From NCBI GenBank assembly GCA_002269645.1, contig NIVC01000131.1:186001-250000 (forward strand): a stretch of DNA of 64,000 bases. The letters are read 5' to 3'. The translations under genes were made by a program, and so were the position numbers. Origin of the DNA: Macrostomum lignano. Lineage: Eukaryota. Of the stretch, positions 1 through 12,690 are shown piece after piece. Each line of letters begins with the position of its first letter. Positions within the stretch are counted from its first letter, which is position 1. Below the pieces are notes generated by a model. It did not search any database, had not been told where the DNA came from, and saw nothing but the letters and a program-made list of their open reading frames with translations.

Positions 1-625
1 GCTGCTTCCGTGTCTATATGCTGCTTCCATGTCTAGGTTCTGCTTCCGTGTCTATATGCTGCTTCCGTGTCTATATGCTGCTTCCATGTCTATATGCTGC
101 TTCCATGTCTAGGTGCTGCTTCCGTGTCTATATGCTGCTTCCGTGTCTATATGCTGCTTCCATGTCTATATGCTGCTTCCGTGTCTACGAGTATATGCTG
201 CTTCCATGTCTAGGTGCTGCTTCCGTGTCTACGAGTATATGCTGCTTCCGTGTCTAGATGCTGCTTCCATGTCTATATGCTGCTTCCATGTCTATATGCT
301 GCTTCCGTGTCTATATGCTGCTTCCATGTCTAGGTTCTGCTTCCGTGTCTATATGCTGCTTCCGTGTCTATATACTGCTTCCGTGTCTATATGCTGCTTC
401 CATGTCTAGGTGCTGCTTCCGTGTCTACGAGTATATGCTGCTTCCGTGTCTAGATGCTGCTTCCATGTCTATATGCTGCTTCCGTGTCTAGGTTCTGCTT
501 CCGTGTCTAGGTTCTGCTTCCGTGTCTAGGTTCTGCTTCCGTGTTTAGATGCTGCTTCCATGTCTAGATGCTGCTTCCGTGTCTAGATGCTGCTTCCGTG
601 TTTAGATGCTGCTTCCGTGTCTAGA
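1..625. repeat. 19-bp minisatellite (GCTGCTTCCGTGTCTATAT) with 25-bp variant units
   Basis: Tandem units read directly; runs off the left edge of the window. Confidence 0.95.
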
Positions 626-2145
626 TGGTTTTTCCGTAACTGCTTTGTACATGTAGATACAATTGTCAGAGAATTATTGCAGTTAAACAAATAAAATAGT
701 TTGGCTGCAAATCTTAGGAATATGGCTTCCATTTTCTATGCGGGTTTGCTTATCGAGAATGACGGTTTAAGCCATAGACGAATGGAGGGGTTAATTCTGA
801 TTGGGTCTCAGTTTGGTTCGCTTTCGCGTTTTACCAAGTAAAAAAGTCTATGGCAAAAGTTCCAGAGCTGATTTCAAATTGTAGACTGTACAGGCTGGGC
901 TGGTGCTTCTTTCTTTGTAGACTAGAAGGTGAAGGATAGTCTATGGCCAAACCTGAGCCAACACATCTCGCCAAGAGCCGTAGCTCCAGTTTGCTAGCAT
1001 TGGTTTTATTATTCTAACCATGGATAAGGAATAGAAAGGGTCGCTCATCTGAAAGCGAGTCTATGGCCAAGACCCTAAAAATTGGGATATTCCCCCCACG
1101 AATTTTATTGCTGCCGGAATTAAATAGTAGTCCCTCCTTTAAGTTCTCACCAAGTTATTTTTTCCGACTAACTTGCACAAACTAAGTAAATGAAAAACAA
1201 AATAAAAAACTTTCAAACAAACATTTCTTCCTAGCAATCTCCAACTTTGCCACACAAAAAATATCGGCTTCTTTCTTTTCCTTTTAGCCTAGAGAATCAG
1301 CAAATAAAAAAGGTCCCCTATTCGAATATATGGTTCTCTTTTTAAAATCAAAGTCAGCCTACGAGCAATCTATCTCATCCAAAGAGCAACCACCACAAAA
1401 AGCAGAGTCATTTAAACTTAGCACTGCATATTAGGGTGACTTGAAGTCTGTGGCATTGAAGTAAACCATTTGGATGAGCTTATCGAAACAGTGAGTCCTG
1501 AATCTCATGTATCAAAACTTGGTCTTTAAAAACACCCGCATTGCGATTATGAAGTTCGCAGGCAGATGGTTACTAGGGCTTCATGATGGGATCGAGTTGA
1601 AATTTGAATCGGCTTATGATTTTAGTTAAACTTTCAGGTAGCTGAGAGGCTGTTTCTGATAAAATACTTCTTAGATTTAAAGCCTTTCTATGAGAAAATA
1701 ATCCCCAAAACTTGTAATTCCCAACGAGAAGCAGATGTAAAAAGACACGACAATTCCAATTAGTTGGTAGCTGTGCTTACCCCTACTGAAGAAGACGATG
1801 CAGTTGTTCTCGCTTGCCAAGTTCTAAGTTCAACTGTTGCACTAGTTCTTCTGTTGCTGCGATCTTTAGTATAGACTATATAGTGGATTTGCTAACACCC
1901 TTCTCAGCGCGCGGGGTTTAACTTTTAAGCTCAAGATTCAACCCCTTTCCCTGTGCAGGCTTTTTGCTATAGTCTATGGCCAAATCCCTCCGCGGGGGCA
2001 ACCCTCAGCATTAGACCTTTTGCATTCAATTTCTAACTAAGAGCAATCGATTTCTTATAATTTTATTAATTTAGGCAGCACCGAAATAATTCCTGTTCTG
2101 TAAACTGTCAGTTGAAATTGAATGAGAGTTTGAAAATCACTCAAA

Positions 2146-3740
2146 ACCGCCCCAGAATCACCCCAAAACCACCCCAGAATCACCCCAAAACCGCCCCACA
2201 ATCACCACGAAACCGCCCCAGAATCACCCCGAAACCGCCCCAGAATCACCCCGAAACCGCCCCATAATCACCCCGAAACCGCCCCATAATCACCCCGAAA
2301 CCGCCCCAGAATCACCCCGAAACCGCCCCAGAATCACCCCGAAACCGCCCCAGAATCACCCCAAAACCGCTCCAGAATCACCCCGAAACCGCCCCAGAAT
2401 CACCCCGAAACCGCCCCAGAATCACCCCGAAACCGCCCCAGAATCACCCCGAAACCGCCCCAGAATCACCCCAAAACCGCCCCAGAATCACCCCGAAACC
2501 GCCCCAGAATCACCCCGAAACCGCTCCAGAATCACCCCGAAACCGCCCCAAAATCACCCCGAAACCGCCCCAGAATCACCCCGAAACCGCCCAGAATCAC
2601 CCCAAAACCGCCCCAGAATCACCCCAAAACCGCCCCAGAATCACCCCAAAACCACCCCTTTGACTTACTTGACTTAGCTGCAGGGGGCGTCCGGCGGATG
2701 CAGCGAGGAGGCGGAGGAGACCGCCCATTCCGCTAGCCCCTGGCGACCAACGACTTCCGTTGAAGTGGTGTCGCTCAGGGGGACCCGTCGGTCTCGCCTG
2801 CAGCGCGGTCCTCCTCACCGCCAAAACCACCCCAGAATCATTCCAAAACCGCCCCAGAATCACCCCAAAACCGCCCCAGAATCACCCCGAAACCGCCCCA
2901 GAATCACCCCGAAACCGCCCCAGAATCACCCCAAAACCGCCCCAGAATCACCCCGAAACCGCCCCAGAATCACCCCGAAACCGCCCCAGAATCACCCCAA
3001 AACCGCCCCAGAATCACCCCGAAACCGCCCCAAAATCACCCCAAAACCGCTCCAGAATCACCCCGAAACCGCCCCAGAATCACCCCGAAACCGCCCCAGA
3101 ATCACCCCGAAACCGCCCCAGAATCACCCCGAAACCGCCCCAGAATCACCCCGAAACCGCCCCAGAATCACCCTGAAACCGCCCCAGAATCACCCCAAAA
3201 CCGCTCCAGAATCACCCCGAAACCGCCCCAAAATCACCCCGAAACCGCCCCAGAATCACCCCGAAACCGCCCCAGAATCACCCCAAAACCGCCCCAGAAT
3301 CACCCCAAAACCGCCCCAGAATCACCCCAAAACCACCCCTTTGACTTACTTGACTTAGCTGCAGGGGGCGTCCGGCGGATGCAGCGAGGAGGCGGAGGAG
3401 ACCGCCCATTCCGCTAGCCCCTGGCGACCAACGACTTCCGTTGAAGTGGTGTCGCTCAGGGGGACCCGTCGGTCTCGCCTGCAGCGCGGTCCTCCTCACC
3501 GCCAAAACCACCCCAGAATCATTCCAAAACCGCCCCAGAATCACCCCAAAACCGCCCCAGAATCACCCCGAAACCGCCCCAGAATCACCCCGAAACCGCC
3601 CCAGAATCACCCCAAAACCGCCCCAGAATCACCCCGAAACCGCCCCAGAATCACCCCAAAACCGCCCCAGAATCACCCCGAAACCGCCCCAGAATCACCC
3701 CGAAACCGCCCCAGAATCACCTCAAAACCGCCCCAGAATC
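2146..3740. repeat. 22-bp minisatellite (GAAACCGCCCCAGAATCACCCC) interrupted twice by the same ~160-bp insert
   Basis: Tandem units; identical inserts begin at 2661 and 3342 (offset 681). Confidence 0.95.
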
Positions 3741-4872
3741 CGGTTCTTTCTTCTCCGAGCTGCTCCAGAGCTGGTGGGCTGAAAACCCAGCCGCAATCGC
3801 TTTCTCCATCTTCAAAAAAGCGATTTGCGTTCAACGCAAGGCATTCCCCTCAGGGCAATAAAAAATCTCAGCCTCTGGCTGTAAGAATGCCGCAGTTTTT
3901 ATTATCTTCCTCCAGCATGTCTTGGCCTCTTCACCCGTCTGGGACAATGGCCTGAATTATGGGCGGCAGCGGTGGCGGCGGGGCCTCGAAGGTAGGACGG
4001 CACGAAGATGGCTACACTTGCATCGAATTTCGCAATGAACAATAATAGGCCCGTGCATGGAGATCTACAATTCAGATATCTGGAATGGGAAACTTCTAAA
4101 AGCTTTGAAATGAAGTTTTTTATGGCCACCGCATCCCTGGGCACCCTGGCGCAACATCGTCCTACAATCTGTGCTTGACAGCAATTCTGCCCATTCCTCT
4201 GACCCCTGAGCACATACTGTACACAGGCACGCAGTCATACACACGCTCTAGGCTTATAATAACTAAATAAATAACTAAACTAAACTAAATTACTCTGTTG
4301 AATCAAACTGCAAGTTTCCAATCCAGATGCTGGATTGATCTAGAAGTCCCCGGCTTCCAGGCCGACAGGGACCGCGGAGGCGGCAGGCGCGCATTTTCTG
4401 GTCGCTAACTGGGGCCGGGGCAACTATCAGCTACTTTTTAATGTCTCAATTCCGCGTCTCCCAAGCCGGCGCACCTTCGGCAGAGATGCGCGCAGAAATT
4501 GCAAAAAGTAACAAAAGTTACCAGGAAGAATCCGCAAGCAGAGCGACGCGAGCTTTTTTTAAGTGGGAAACAGAAATAAAGAATGAAGACGCCTCCTAAT
4601 GGTAGGGCATAAAAGAAGAAGAAAACACAGAAAGAACTAAGGACGTAAAACAGTAATGTCTTTTTATTAAGCTTGCAGAATTGCCGCTTAAATTGCTTTT
4701 GTAAAAATGCGATTTCCCTGACCTACTTTTGCTCTCTTTTGTAACTTTTTATTGGCCTCTTGTTTCTGAGGGCTGGGTAATTTGGATTGCCAGAAATCTG
4801 CCTTGTAGGTCAGTCTTGAAGCATGAAAACCGTTAACACTTGAGCTGACACGGAACCAGCTGATCAAAGGAC

Positions 4873-5465
4873 TAGTCACTCTTTAAACACTGATGCAGTC
4901 ACTCTTTAAACACTGATGCAGTCACTCTTTAAACACTGATGCAGTCACTCTTTTAACACTGATGCAGTCACTCTTTAAACACTGATGCAGTCACTCTTTA
5001 AACACTGATGCAGTCACTCTTTAAACACTGATGCAGTCACTCTTTAAACACTGATGCAGTCACTCTTTAAACACTGATGCAGTCACTCTTTAAACACTGA
5101 TGCAGTCACTCTTTAAACACTGATGCAGTCACTCTTTAAACACTGATGCAGTCACTCTTTAAACACTGATGCAGTCACTCTTTTAACACTGATGCAGTCA
5201 CTCTTTAAACACTGATGCAGTCACTCTTTAAACACTGATGCAGTCACTCTTTAAACACTGATGCAGTCACTCTTTAAACACTGATGCAGTCACTCTTTAA
5301 ACACTGATGCAGTCACTCTTTTAACACTGATGCAGTCACTCTTTAAACACTGATGCAGTCACTCTTTAAACACTGATGCAGTCACTCTTTAAACACTGAT
5401 GCAGTCACTCTTTAAACACTGATGCAGTCACTCATTAAACACTGATGCAGTCACTCTTTAAACAC
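4873..5465. repeat. 23-bp minisatellite (GTCACTCTTTAAACACTGATGCA)
   Basis: Near-perfect tandem units. Confidence 0.95.
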
Positions 5466-5859
5466 GAAGCTAGTCACCTCCAAAACACGGGAGCTTTAAA
5501 CACGAAAGTTTCAGCACTGAATAGCTTCGTATAGTTTTTCACGCTATAAACGTTCCTTTGGACCACTTAAAGCAAGTCTGCATGCAGCCCCTGACTCTCA
5601 ATTTTTACCAATTTTACCAAAAACTCCAACGAGGATCAGGAGGAATTATGTGGGGCAATGGCCCGAGCTGTAGCGAATGCAACTCGATACATTTCTAGAG
5701 ACGGAATTTCAGAGCAGCCTCGCAGGTCTTCTCGTTGCGCTGTAATAAATTTAAAAAATTTTACTTCACTTTTATTTGCATAAAACAGGGCGAAATTCCC
5801 ATCGACCCCAAGGGCAGTACAGAAGCTATGGAAGATTACATCGGGCGCTTCAACGACCG

Positions 5860-7585
5860 ACTGACACTATGGCAGACTCAATGACTGACACTGTGACAGA
5901 CACTGTGGCAGACTCAATGACTGACACTGTGACAGACACTGTGGCAGACTCAATGACTGACACTGTGACAGACACTGTGGCAGACTCAATGACTGACACT
6001 GTGACAGACACTGTGGCAGACTCAATGACTGACACTGTGACTGACACTGTGACAGACACTATGACAGACTCAATGACTGACACTGTGACAGACACTGTGG
6101 CAGACTCAATGACTGACACTGTGACAGACACTGTGGCAGACTCAATGACTGACACTGTGACAGACACTGTGGCAGACTCAATGACTGACACTGTGACTGA
6201 CACTGTGACAGACACTATGACAGACTCAATGACTGACACTGTGACAGACACTGTGGCAGACTCAATGACTGACACTGTGACAGACACTGTGGCAGACACT
6301 ATGACAGACTCAATGACATCGTTCAGGGACTAGCGGAATGGGCGCCCGCGCCTTCCCGCTGTGTCCCCTCCGGGACAGCCCTGCAGCTAAGTCAAGTCAG
6401 ACTCAATGACTGACACTGTGACAGACACTGTGACAGACTCAATGACTGACACTGTGACAGACACTATGACAGACTCAATGACTGACACTGTGACAGACAC
6501 TATGGCAGACTCAATGACTGACACTGTGACAGACACTATGGCAGACTCAATGACTGACACTGTGACAGACACTGTGGCAGACTCAATGACTGACACTGTG
6601 ACAGACACTGTGGCAGACTCAATGACTGACACTGTGACAGACACTATGACAGACTCAATGACTGACACTGTGACTGACACTGTGACAGACACTATGACAG
6701 ACTCAATGACTGACACTGTGACAGACACTATGGCAGACTCAATGACTGACACTGTGACAGACACTATGACAGACTCAATGACTGACACTGTGACTGACAC
6801 TGTGACAGACACTATGACAGACTCAATGACTGACACTGTGACAGACACTATGGCAGACTCAATGACTGACACTGTGACAGACACTGTGGCAGACTCAATG
6901 ACTGACACTGTGACAGACACTGTGGCAGACTCAATGACTGACACTGTGACAGACACTATGACAGACTCAATGACTGACACTGTGACTGACACTGTGACAG
7001 ACACTATGACAGACTCAATGACTGACACTGTGACTGACACTGTGACAGACACTATGACAGACTCAATGACTGACACTGTGACTGACACTGTGACAGACAC
7101 TATGACAGACTCAATGACTGACACTGTGACTGACACTGTGACAGACACTATGACAGACTCAATGACATCGTTCAGGGACTAGCGGAATGGGCGCCCGCGC
7201 CTTCCCGCTGTGTCCCCTCCGGGACAGCCCTGCAGCTAAGTCAAGTCAGACTCAATGACTGACACTGTGACAGACACTGTGACAGACTCAATGACTGACA
7301 CTGTGACAGACACTATGACAGACTCAATGACTGACACTGTGACAGACACTATGACAGACTCAATGACTAACACTGTGACAGACACTATGACAGACTCAAT
7401 GACTGACACTGTGACAGACACTATGGCAGACTCAATGACTGACACTATGGGCAGACTCAATGACTGACACTGTGACAGACACTATGGCAGACACTATGAT
7501 TGACACTATGGGCAGACTCAATGACTGACACTGTGACAGACACTATGGCAGACACTATGATTGACACTATGGGCAGACTCAATGA
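5860..7585. repeat. 12-bp-subunit minisatellite (GACAGACACTGT/GACAGACTCAAT) with 36-48-bp higher order, interrupted twice by the same ~80-bp insert
   Basis: Tandem units; identical inserts at 6319-6400 and 7168-7249 (offset 849). Confidence 0.95.
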
Positions 7586-8003
7586 CAGACTATTCAAAAA
7601 GAGCACTACTTTGACGGACAGACACCGGAGCAAACTATGCTTTAGCCGCACTGCCAATAAGTATAGCAGACATTCATTGGTCTTGGCCAAACCGTTGGCT
7701 AAGATTTATTATAGCGGCCCAATCGGCAATTCCCGGGGCCTCCTATCAGGCGTCGTGCAGTTTTGGGCTTGTGAAGAATCGGGCGCCACCCCCCGTTGGT
7801 CGCATAGATCAGCGCGACCAACGTCTCGCGGGCGGCGAATCTGTTTGATACGCGGACTAAAAGTTGAAAATTTTGCTAGTATAAGAAGACGCGCAGTAAA
7901 CTGGCTCCGGCACTGCCTGTCTGTCTTGCCTTTTGCTGCGTTTGCTTTTGGGCTTTGAAGAAACTTTTCTTTCAATATTTACCTTTCCCTAATCAACCAG
8001 CTG

Positions 8004-8069
8004 ATGTGGCCGACTGGTGTACTTCTGCTCATCCTGCTGCCGGGACTCTGCGCTGGCGGACTGACCAGG
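8004..8069 (+). CDS. Candidate first coding exon encoding a signal peptide (MWPTGVLLLILLPGLCAGGLTR), possibly of the p75NTR-like gene
   Basis: ATG at 8004, 3 nt after a CCAG acceptor; hydrophobic core; AGG|GTAACT donor (phase 0) followed at once by a minisatellite. The link to the downstream gene is not demonstrated. Confidence 0.4.
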
Positions 8070-8099
8070 GTAACTATACCGATATGTATCGCTTCTCTA

Positions 8100-9290
8100 C
8101 CTGGCTTATCCTCCTAGCTTATCTACCTAGCTTATCTGCCTAACTTATCTGCCTGGCTTATCTGCCTAACTTATCTGCCTGGCTTAGCTGCCTGGCTTAT
8201 CTGCCTGGCTTATCCTCCTGGCTTATCTGCCAAGCTTATCTGCCTGGCTTATCTGCCTGGCTTATCTGTCTGGCCTATCTGCCTGGCTTATCTGCCTGGC
8301 TTATCTGCCTGGCTTAGCTGCCTGGCTTATCTGCCTGGCTTAGCTGCCTGGCTTATCTGCCTGGCTTATCCTCCTGGCTTATCTGCCAAGCTTATCTGCC
8401 TGGCTTATCTGCCTGGCTTATCCTCCTAGCTTATCTACCTAGCTTATCTGCCTAACTTATCTGCCTGGCTTATCTGCCTAACTTATCTGCCTGGCTTAGC
8501 TGCCTGGCTTATCTGCCTGGCTTATCCTCCTGGCTTATCTGCCAAGCTTATCTGCCTGGCTTATCTGCCTGGCTTATCTGTCTGGCCTATCTGCCTGGCT
8601 TATCTGCCTGGCTTATCTGCCTGGCTTAGCTGCCTGGCTTATCTGCCTGGCTTAGCTGCCTAACTTATCTGCCTGGCTTAGCTGCCTGGCTTATCTGCCT
8701 GGCTTATCCTCCTGGCTTATCTGCCAAGCTTATCTGCCTGGCTTATCTGCCTGGCTTATCTGTCTGGCCTATCTGCCTGGCTTATCTGCCTGGCTTATCT
8801 GCCTGGCTTAGCTGCCTGGCTTATCTGCCTGGCTTAGCTGCCTGGCTTATCTGCCTGGCTTATCCTCCTGGCTTATCTGCCAAGCTTATCTGCCTGGCTT
8901 ATCTGCCTGGCTTATCCTCCTAGCTTATCTACCTAGCTTATCTGCCTAACTTATCTGCCTGGCTTATCTGCCTAACTTATCTGCCTGGCTTAGCTGCCTG
9001 GCTTATCTGCCTGGCTTATCCTCCTGGCTTATCTGCCAAGCTTATCTGCCTGGCTTATCTGCCTGGCTTATCTGTCTGGCCTATCTGCCTGGCTTATCTG
9101 CCTGGCTTATCTGTCTGGCTTATCTGCCTAGCTTATTTGCCTAGCTTAATTGCCTAGCTTATCTGCCTGGCTTATCTGCCTGCCTCATCTGCCTGGCTTA
9201 TCTGCCTGGCTTATCTTCCTAGCTTATCCGCCTAGCTTATCTGCCTGACTTATCTGTCTGGCTTATCTGCCCAGCTATCTGCCAAGCTTA
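8100..9290. repeat. 13-bp minisatellite (CTGCCTGGCTTAT) with internal block duplications
   Basis: Tandem units with recurring variant blocks. Confidence 0.95.
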
Positions 9291-9700
9291 TCTTATTCCA
9301 CTCATCTGCTTACTTTCCTTACTTATCTGTCCGACTCAACTGCCTAGATTGTCTGCTTATCTATCTGATTATCCGCCTGCATGGCTTATCTGCCTATCTG
9401 CCTGCTCTTATTTGTCTGCTACTGCCCAGGACTCAACCCATGACTATAGTTTGAGATCACATATTGCTTTTCCATCAGATAAAGCTATTATAAAGCATAC
9501 ACGAGACTGCGCCACTTTCCCTAGGCCCACAATGCCCAGCAGAAACAATATAAATGAATTTCCATATGAATACAACTCTCTATTTTTACGAGAGCTAAGC
9601 AACTATAGTCTGAAATCAGCTTTCTCTCAGTCATTTAAGGCGTTTTACTGGCAACTTTTCCATCTTGGCTTGGAAAATCTTTGAGACACAAACTAAAGTG

Positions 9701-9735
<35 letters not shown>

Positions 9736-10046
9736 GGTGGGTGAGTGGGCTGTAAGGCTGTAAATTTTATATGGACCAACATAAAACCTTTATGACACTT
9801 GCAGCACCAAGCCCTCGGTGTTGACTGCAGAAGCCTCAGAGGGTCCGGCGTGGCTGGGTACTAATTAGCCCTTTACTTCTGCGTACGGAGAATCTGCTGC
9901 CAGCTTTCCCGCGCTTTCTCGCTTTTTTGGGCTCTTTCTTAACCTTGCTACTGTATGCTTTTCTGTGCTCTGATTTCTTAATCTTTAGGAAATCTATTCA
10001 ATATGTAGGTGAGACGAATTTTCGGATTTAATTTCAGCTCAAAAGA

Positions 10047-11290
10047 CTGAGTGCTTAGTAGCTCAGTAGCTGAGTGTCTAGTAGCTCAGTAGCTGAGTGT
10101 TTAGTAGCTCAGTAGCTGAGTGTTTAGTAGCTCAGTAGCTGAGTGTCTAGTAGCTCAGTAGCTGAGTGTTTAGTAGCTCAGTAGCTGAGTGTCTAGTAGC
10201 TCAGTAGCTGAGTGTCTAGTAGCTCAGTAGCTGAGTGTTTAGTAGCTCAGTAGCTGAGTGTTTAGTAGCTCAGTAGCTGAGTGTCTAGTAGCTCAGTAGC
10301 TGAGTGTCTAGTAGCTCAGTAGCTGAGTGTTTAGTAGCTCAGTAGCTGAGTGTCTAGTAGCTCAGTAGCTGAGTGTCTAGTAGCTCAGTAGCTGAGTGTC
10401 CAGTAGCTCAGTAGCTGAGTGTTTAGTAGCTCAGTAGCTGAGTGTTTAGTAGCTCAGTAGCTGAGTGTTTATTAGCTCAGTAGCTGAGTGTTTAGTAGCT
10501 CAGTAGCTGAGTGTCTAGTAGCTCAGTAGCTGAGTGTTTAGTAGCTCAGTAGCTGAGTGTCTAGTAGCTCAGTAGCTGAGTGTTTAGTAGCTCAGTAGCT
10601 GAGTGTTTATTAGCTCAGTAGCTGAGTGTCTAGTAGCTCAGTAGCTGAGTGTCTAGTAGCTCAGTAGCTGAGTGTTTAGTAGCTCAGTAGCTGAGTGTTT
10701 AGTAGCTCAGTAGCTGAGTGTTTAGTAGCTCAGTAGCTGAGTGTCTAGTAGCTCAGTAGCTGAGTGTCTAGTAGCTCAGTAGCTGAGTGTCTAGTAGCTC
10801 AGTAGCTGAGTGTCTAGTAGCTCAGTAGCTGAGTGTTTAGTAGCTCAGTAGCTGAGTGTTTAGTAGCTCAGTAGCTGAGTGTCTAGTAGCTCAGTAGCTG
10901 AGTGTTTAGTAGCTCAGTAGCTGAGTGTCTAGTAGCTCAGTAGCTGAGTGTTTAGTAGCTCAGTAGCTGAGTGTCTAGTAGCTCAGTAGCTGAGTGTTTA
11001 GTAGCTCAGTAGCTGAGTGTTTAGTAGCTCAGTAGCTGAGTGTCTAGTAGCTCAGTAGCTGAGTGTCTAGTAGCTCAGTAGCTGAGTGTTTAGTAGCTCA
11101 GTAGCTGAGTGTTTAGTAGCTCAGTAGCTGAGTGTCTAGTAGCTCAGTAGCTGAGTGTCTAGTAGCTAAGTAGCTGAGTGTCTAGTAGCTCAGTAGCTGA
11201 GTGTCTAGTAGCTCAGTAGCTGAGTGCTTAGTAGCTCAGTAGCTGAGTGTTTAGTAGCTCAGTAGCTGAGTGTCTAGTAGCTCAATAGCT
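10047..11290. repeat. 23-bp minisatellite (AGTAGCTGAGTGTYTAGTAGCTC)
   Basis: Tandem units; the junction forms the inverted repeat CTCAG-TAG-CTGAG. Confidence 0.95.
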
Positions 11291-11689
11291 ACATGTAAGT
11301 AGGCTTTAGTTTTAGCCATAATATGGCAGATTAGTTTCTTAACATATTAGTCATTCTTGGTGCCTGTTAAACTTTGCAGAAAGTCATTCAATATAAGTTT
11401 TTTGAATGCTGCGGGACTCGAAAATTAATTTTTGGGAATATGACTCAGGTTCGATAAAACCTATATTACATGTCAGATTCAGTGCTGACTGACTCACACT
11501 TTCCCACTTGTCACAGACCGCTGATACTGGCGCATAAAAGCCACCAAAACCGGTCCATCGCCTATTTATCGGTGCAGTAAAACTGGGGCATCAAAATTCC
11601 TGTGACTCACTGCCGGCCTTTGCAGTACTCACAGTCTCAGGGGTGCAGGGAGGGGGCGAGAGATGACGAGGAAAGGAGAGTGTGAGAGA

Positions 11690-12690
11690 GGGAGAGGGCT
11701 GATAGCCGTGGGTTAGTTAGAGATGCGGTGGAGAGGGAGACAGAGAGACAGTAGACTGTAGACAGAGAGAGACTGAGAGGAGGATGAGAGGAGGGTAGAT
11801 TGAGTGAGAAGAGTGTAGAGTGGATAAGAGGGGGATATGAGCTAGAGTGGATGAGAGGAGTGGGTAAGAGGGAGTAGAGTGGGTGATGACAGGAGGGTAG
11901 AGTGGTGTGAGAGGGGTAGAGTGGGGTGAGAAGGGGTAGAGTGGGGTGAGAAGGGGTAGAGTGGGGTGAGAAGGGTAGAGTGGGGTGAGAGGAGAGTAGA
12001 ATGGGTGAGAGGGGGAGAGTGGATTGAGAATGGGTACAGTGGGGTGAGAGGTAGAGTGGGGTGAGAGGGGGTAAAGTGGGGTGAGAGTGGGATGAGAGGG
12101 GGTAGAGTGGATTGAGAGGGGGTAGAGTGGATTGAGAGGGGGTAGAGTGGGGTTAGAGGGGGTAGAGTGGGGTTAGAGGGGGTAGAGTGGGGTGAGAGGG
12201 GGTAGAGTGGGGTGAGAGGGGGTAGAGTGGGGTGAGAGGGGGTAGAGTGGGGTGAGAAGGGGTGGAGTGGGGTGAGAGGAGGGTAGAGAGGAGGGTAGAG
12301 AGGAGGGTAGAGAGGAGGGTAGAGAGGAGGGTAGAGAGGAGGGTAGAGAGGAGGGTAGAGAGGAGGGTAGAGAGGAGGGTAGAGAGGAGGGTAGAGAGGA
12401 GGGTAGAGAGGAGGGTAGAGAGGAGGGTAGAGAGGAGGGTAGAGAGGAGGGTAGAGAGGAGGGTAGAGAGGAGGGTAGAGAGGAGGGTAGAGAGGAGGGT
12501 AGAGAGGAGGGTAGAGAGGAGGGTAGAGAGGAGGGTAGAGAGGAGGGTAGAGAGGAGGGTAGAGAGGAGGGTAGAGAGGAGGGTAGAGAGGAGGGTAGAG
12601 AGGAGGGTAGAGAGGAGGGTAGAGAGGAGGGTAGAGAGGAGGGTAGAGAGGAGGGTAGAGAGGAGGGTAGAGAGGAGGGTAGAGAGGAGG
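11690..12690. repeat. Polypurine tract grading from degenerate GA through a ~20-bp unit to a perfect 12-bp unit (GGGTAGAGAGGA)
   Basis: Read directly. Confidence 0.9.

Noticed and set aside
2146-7585. Repeat-spacer-repeat layout resembling CRISPR
   Set aside because: Repeats are contiguous, the few spacers are identical duplicates, there are no cas genes and the context is eukaryotic
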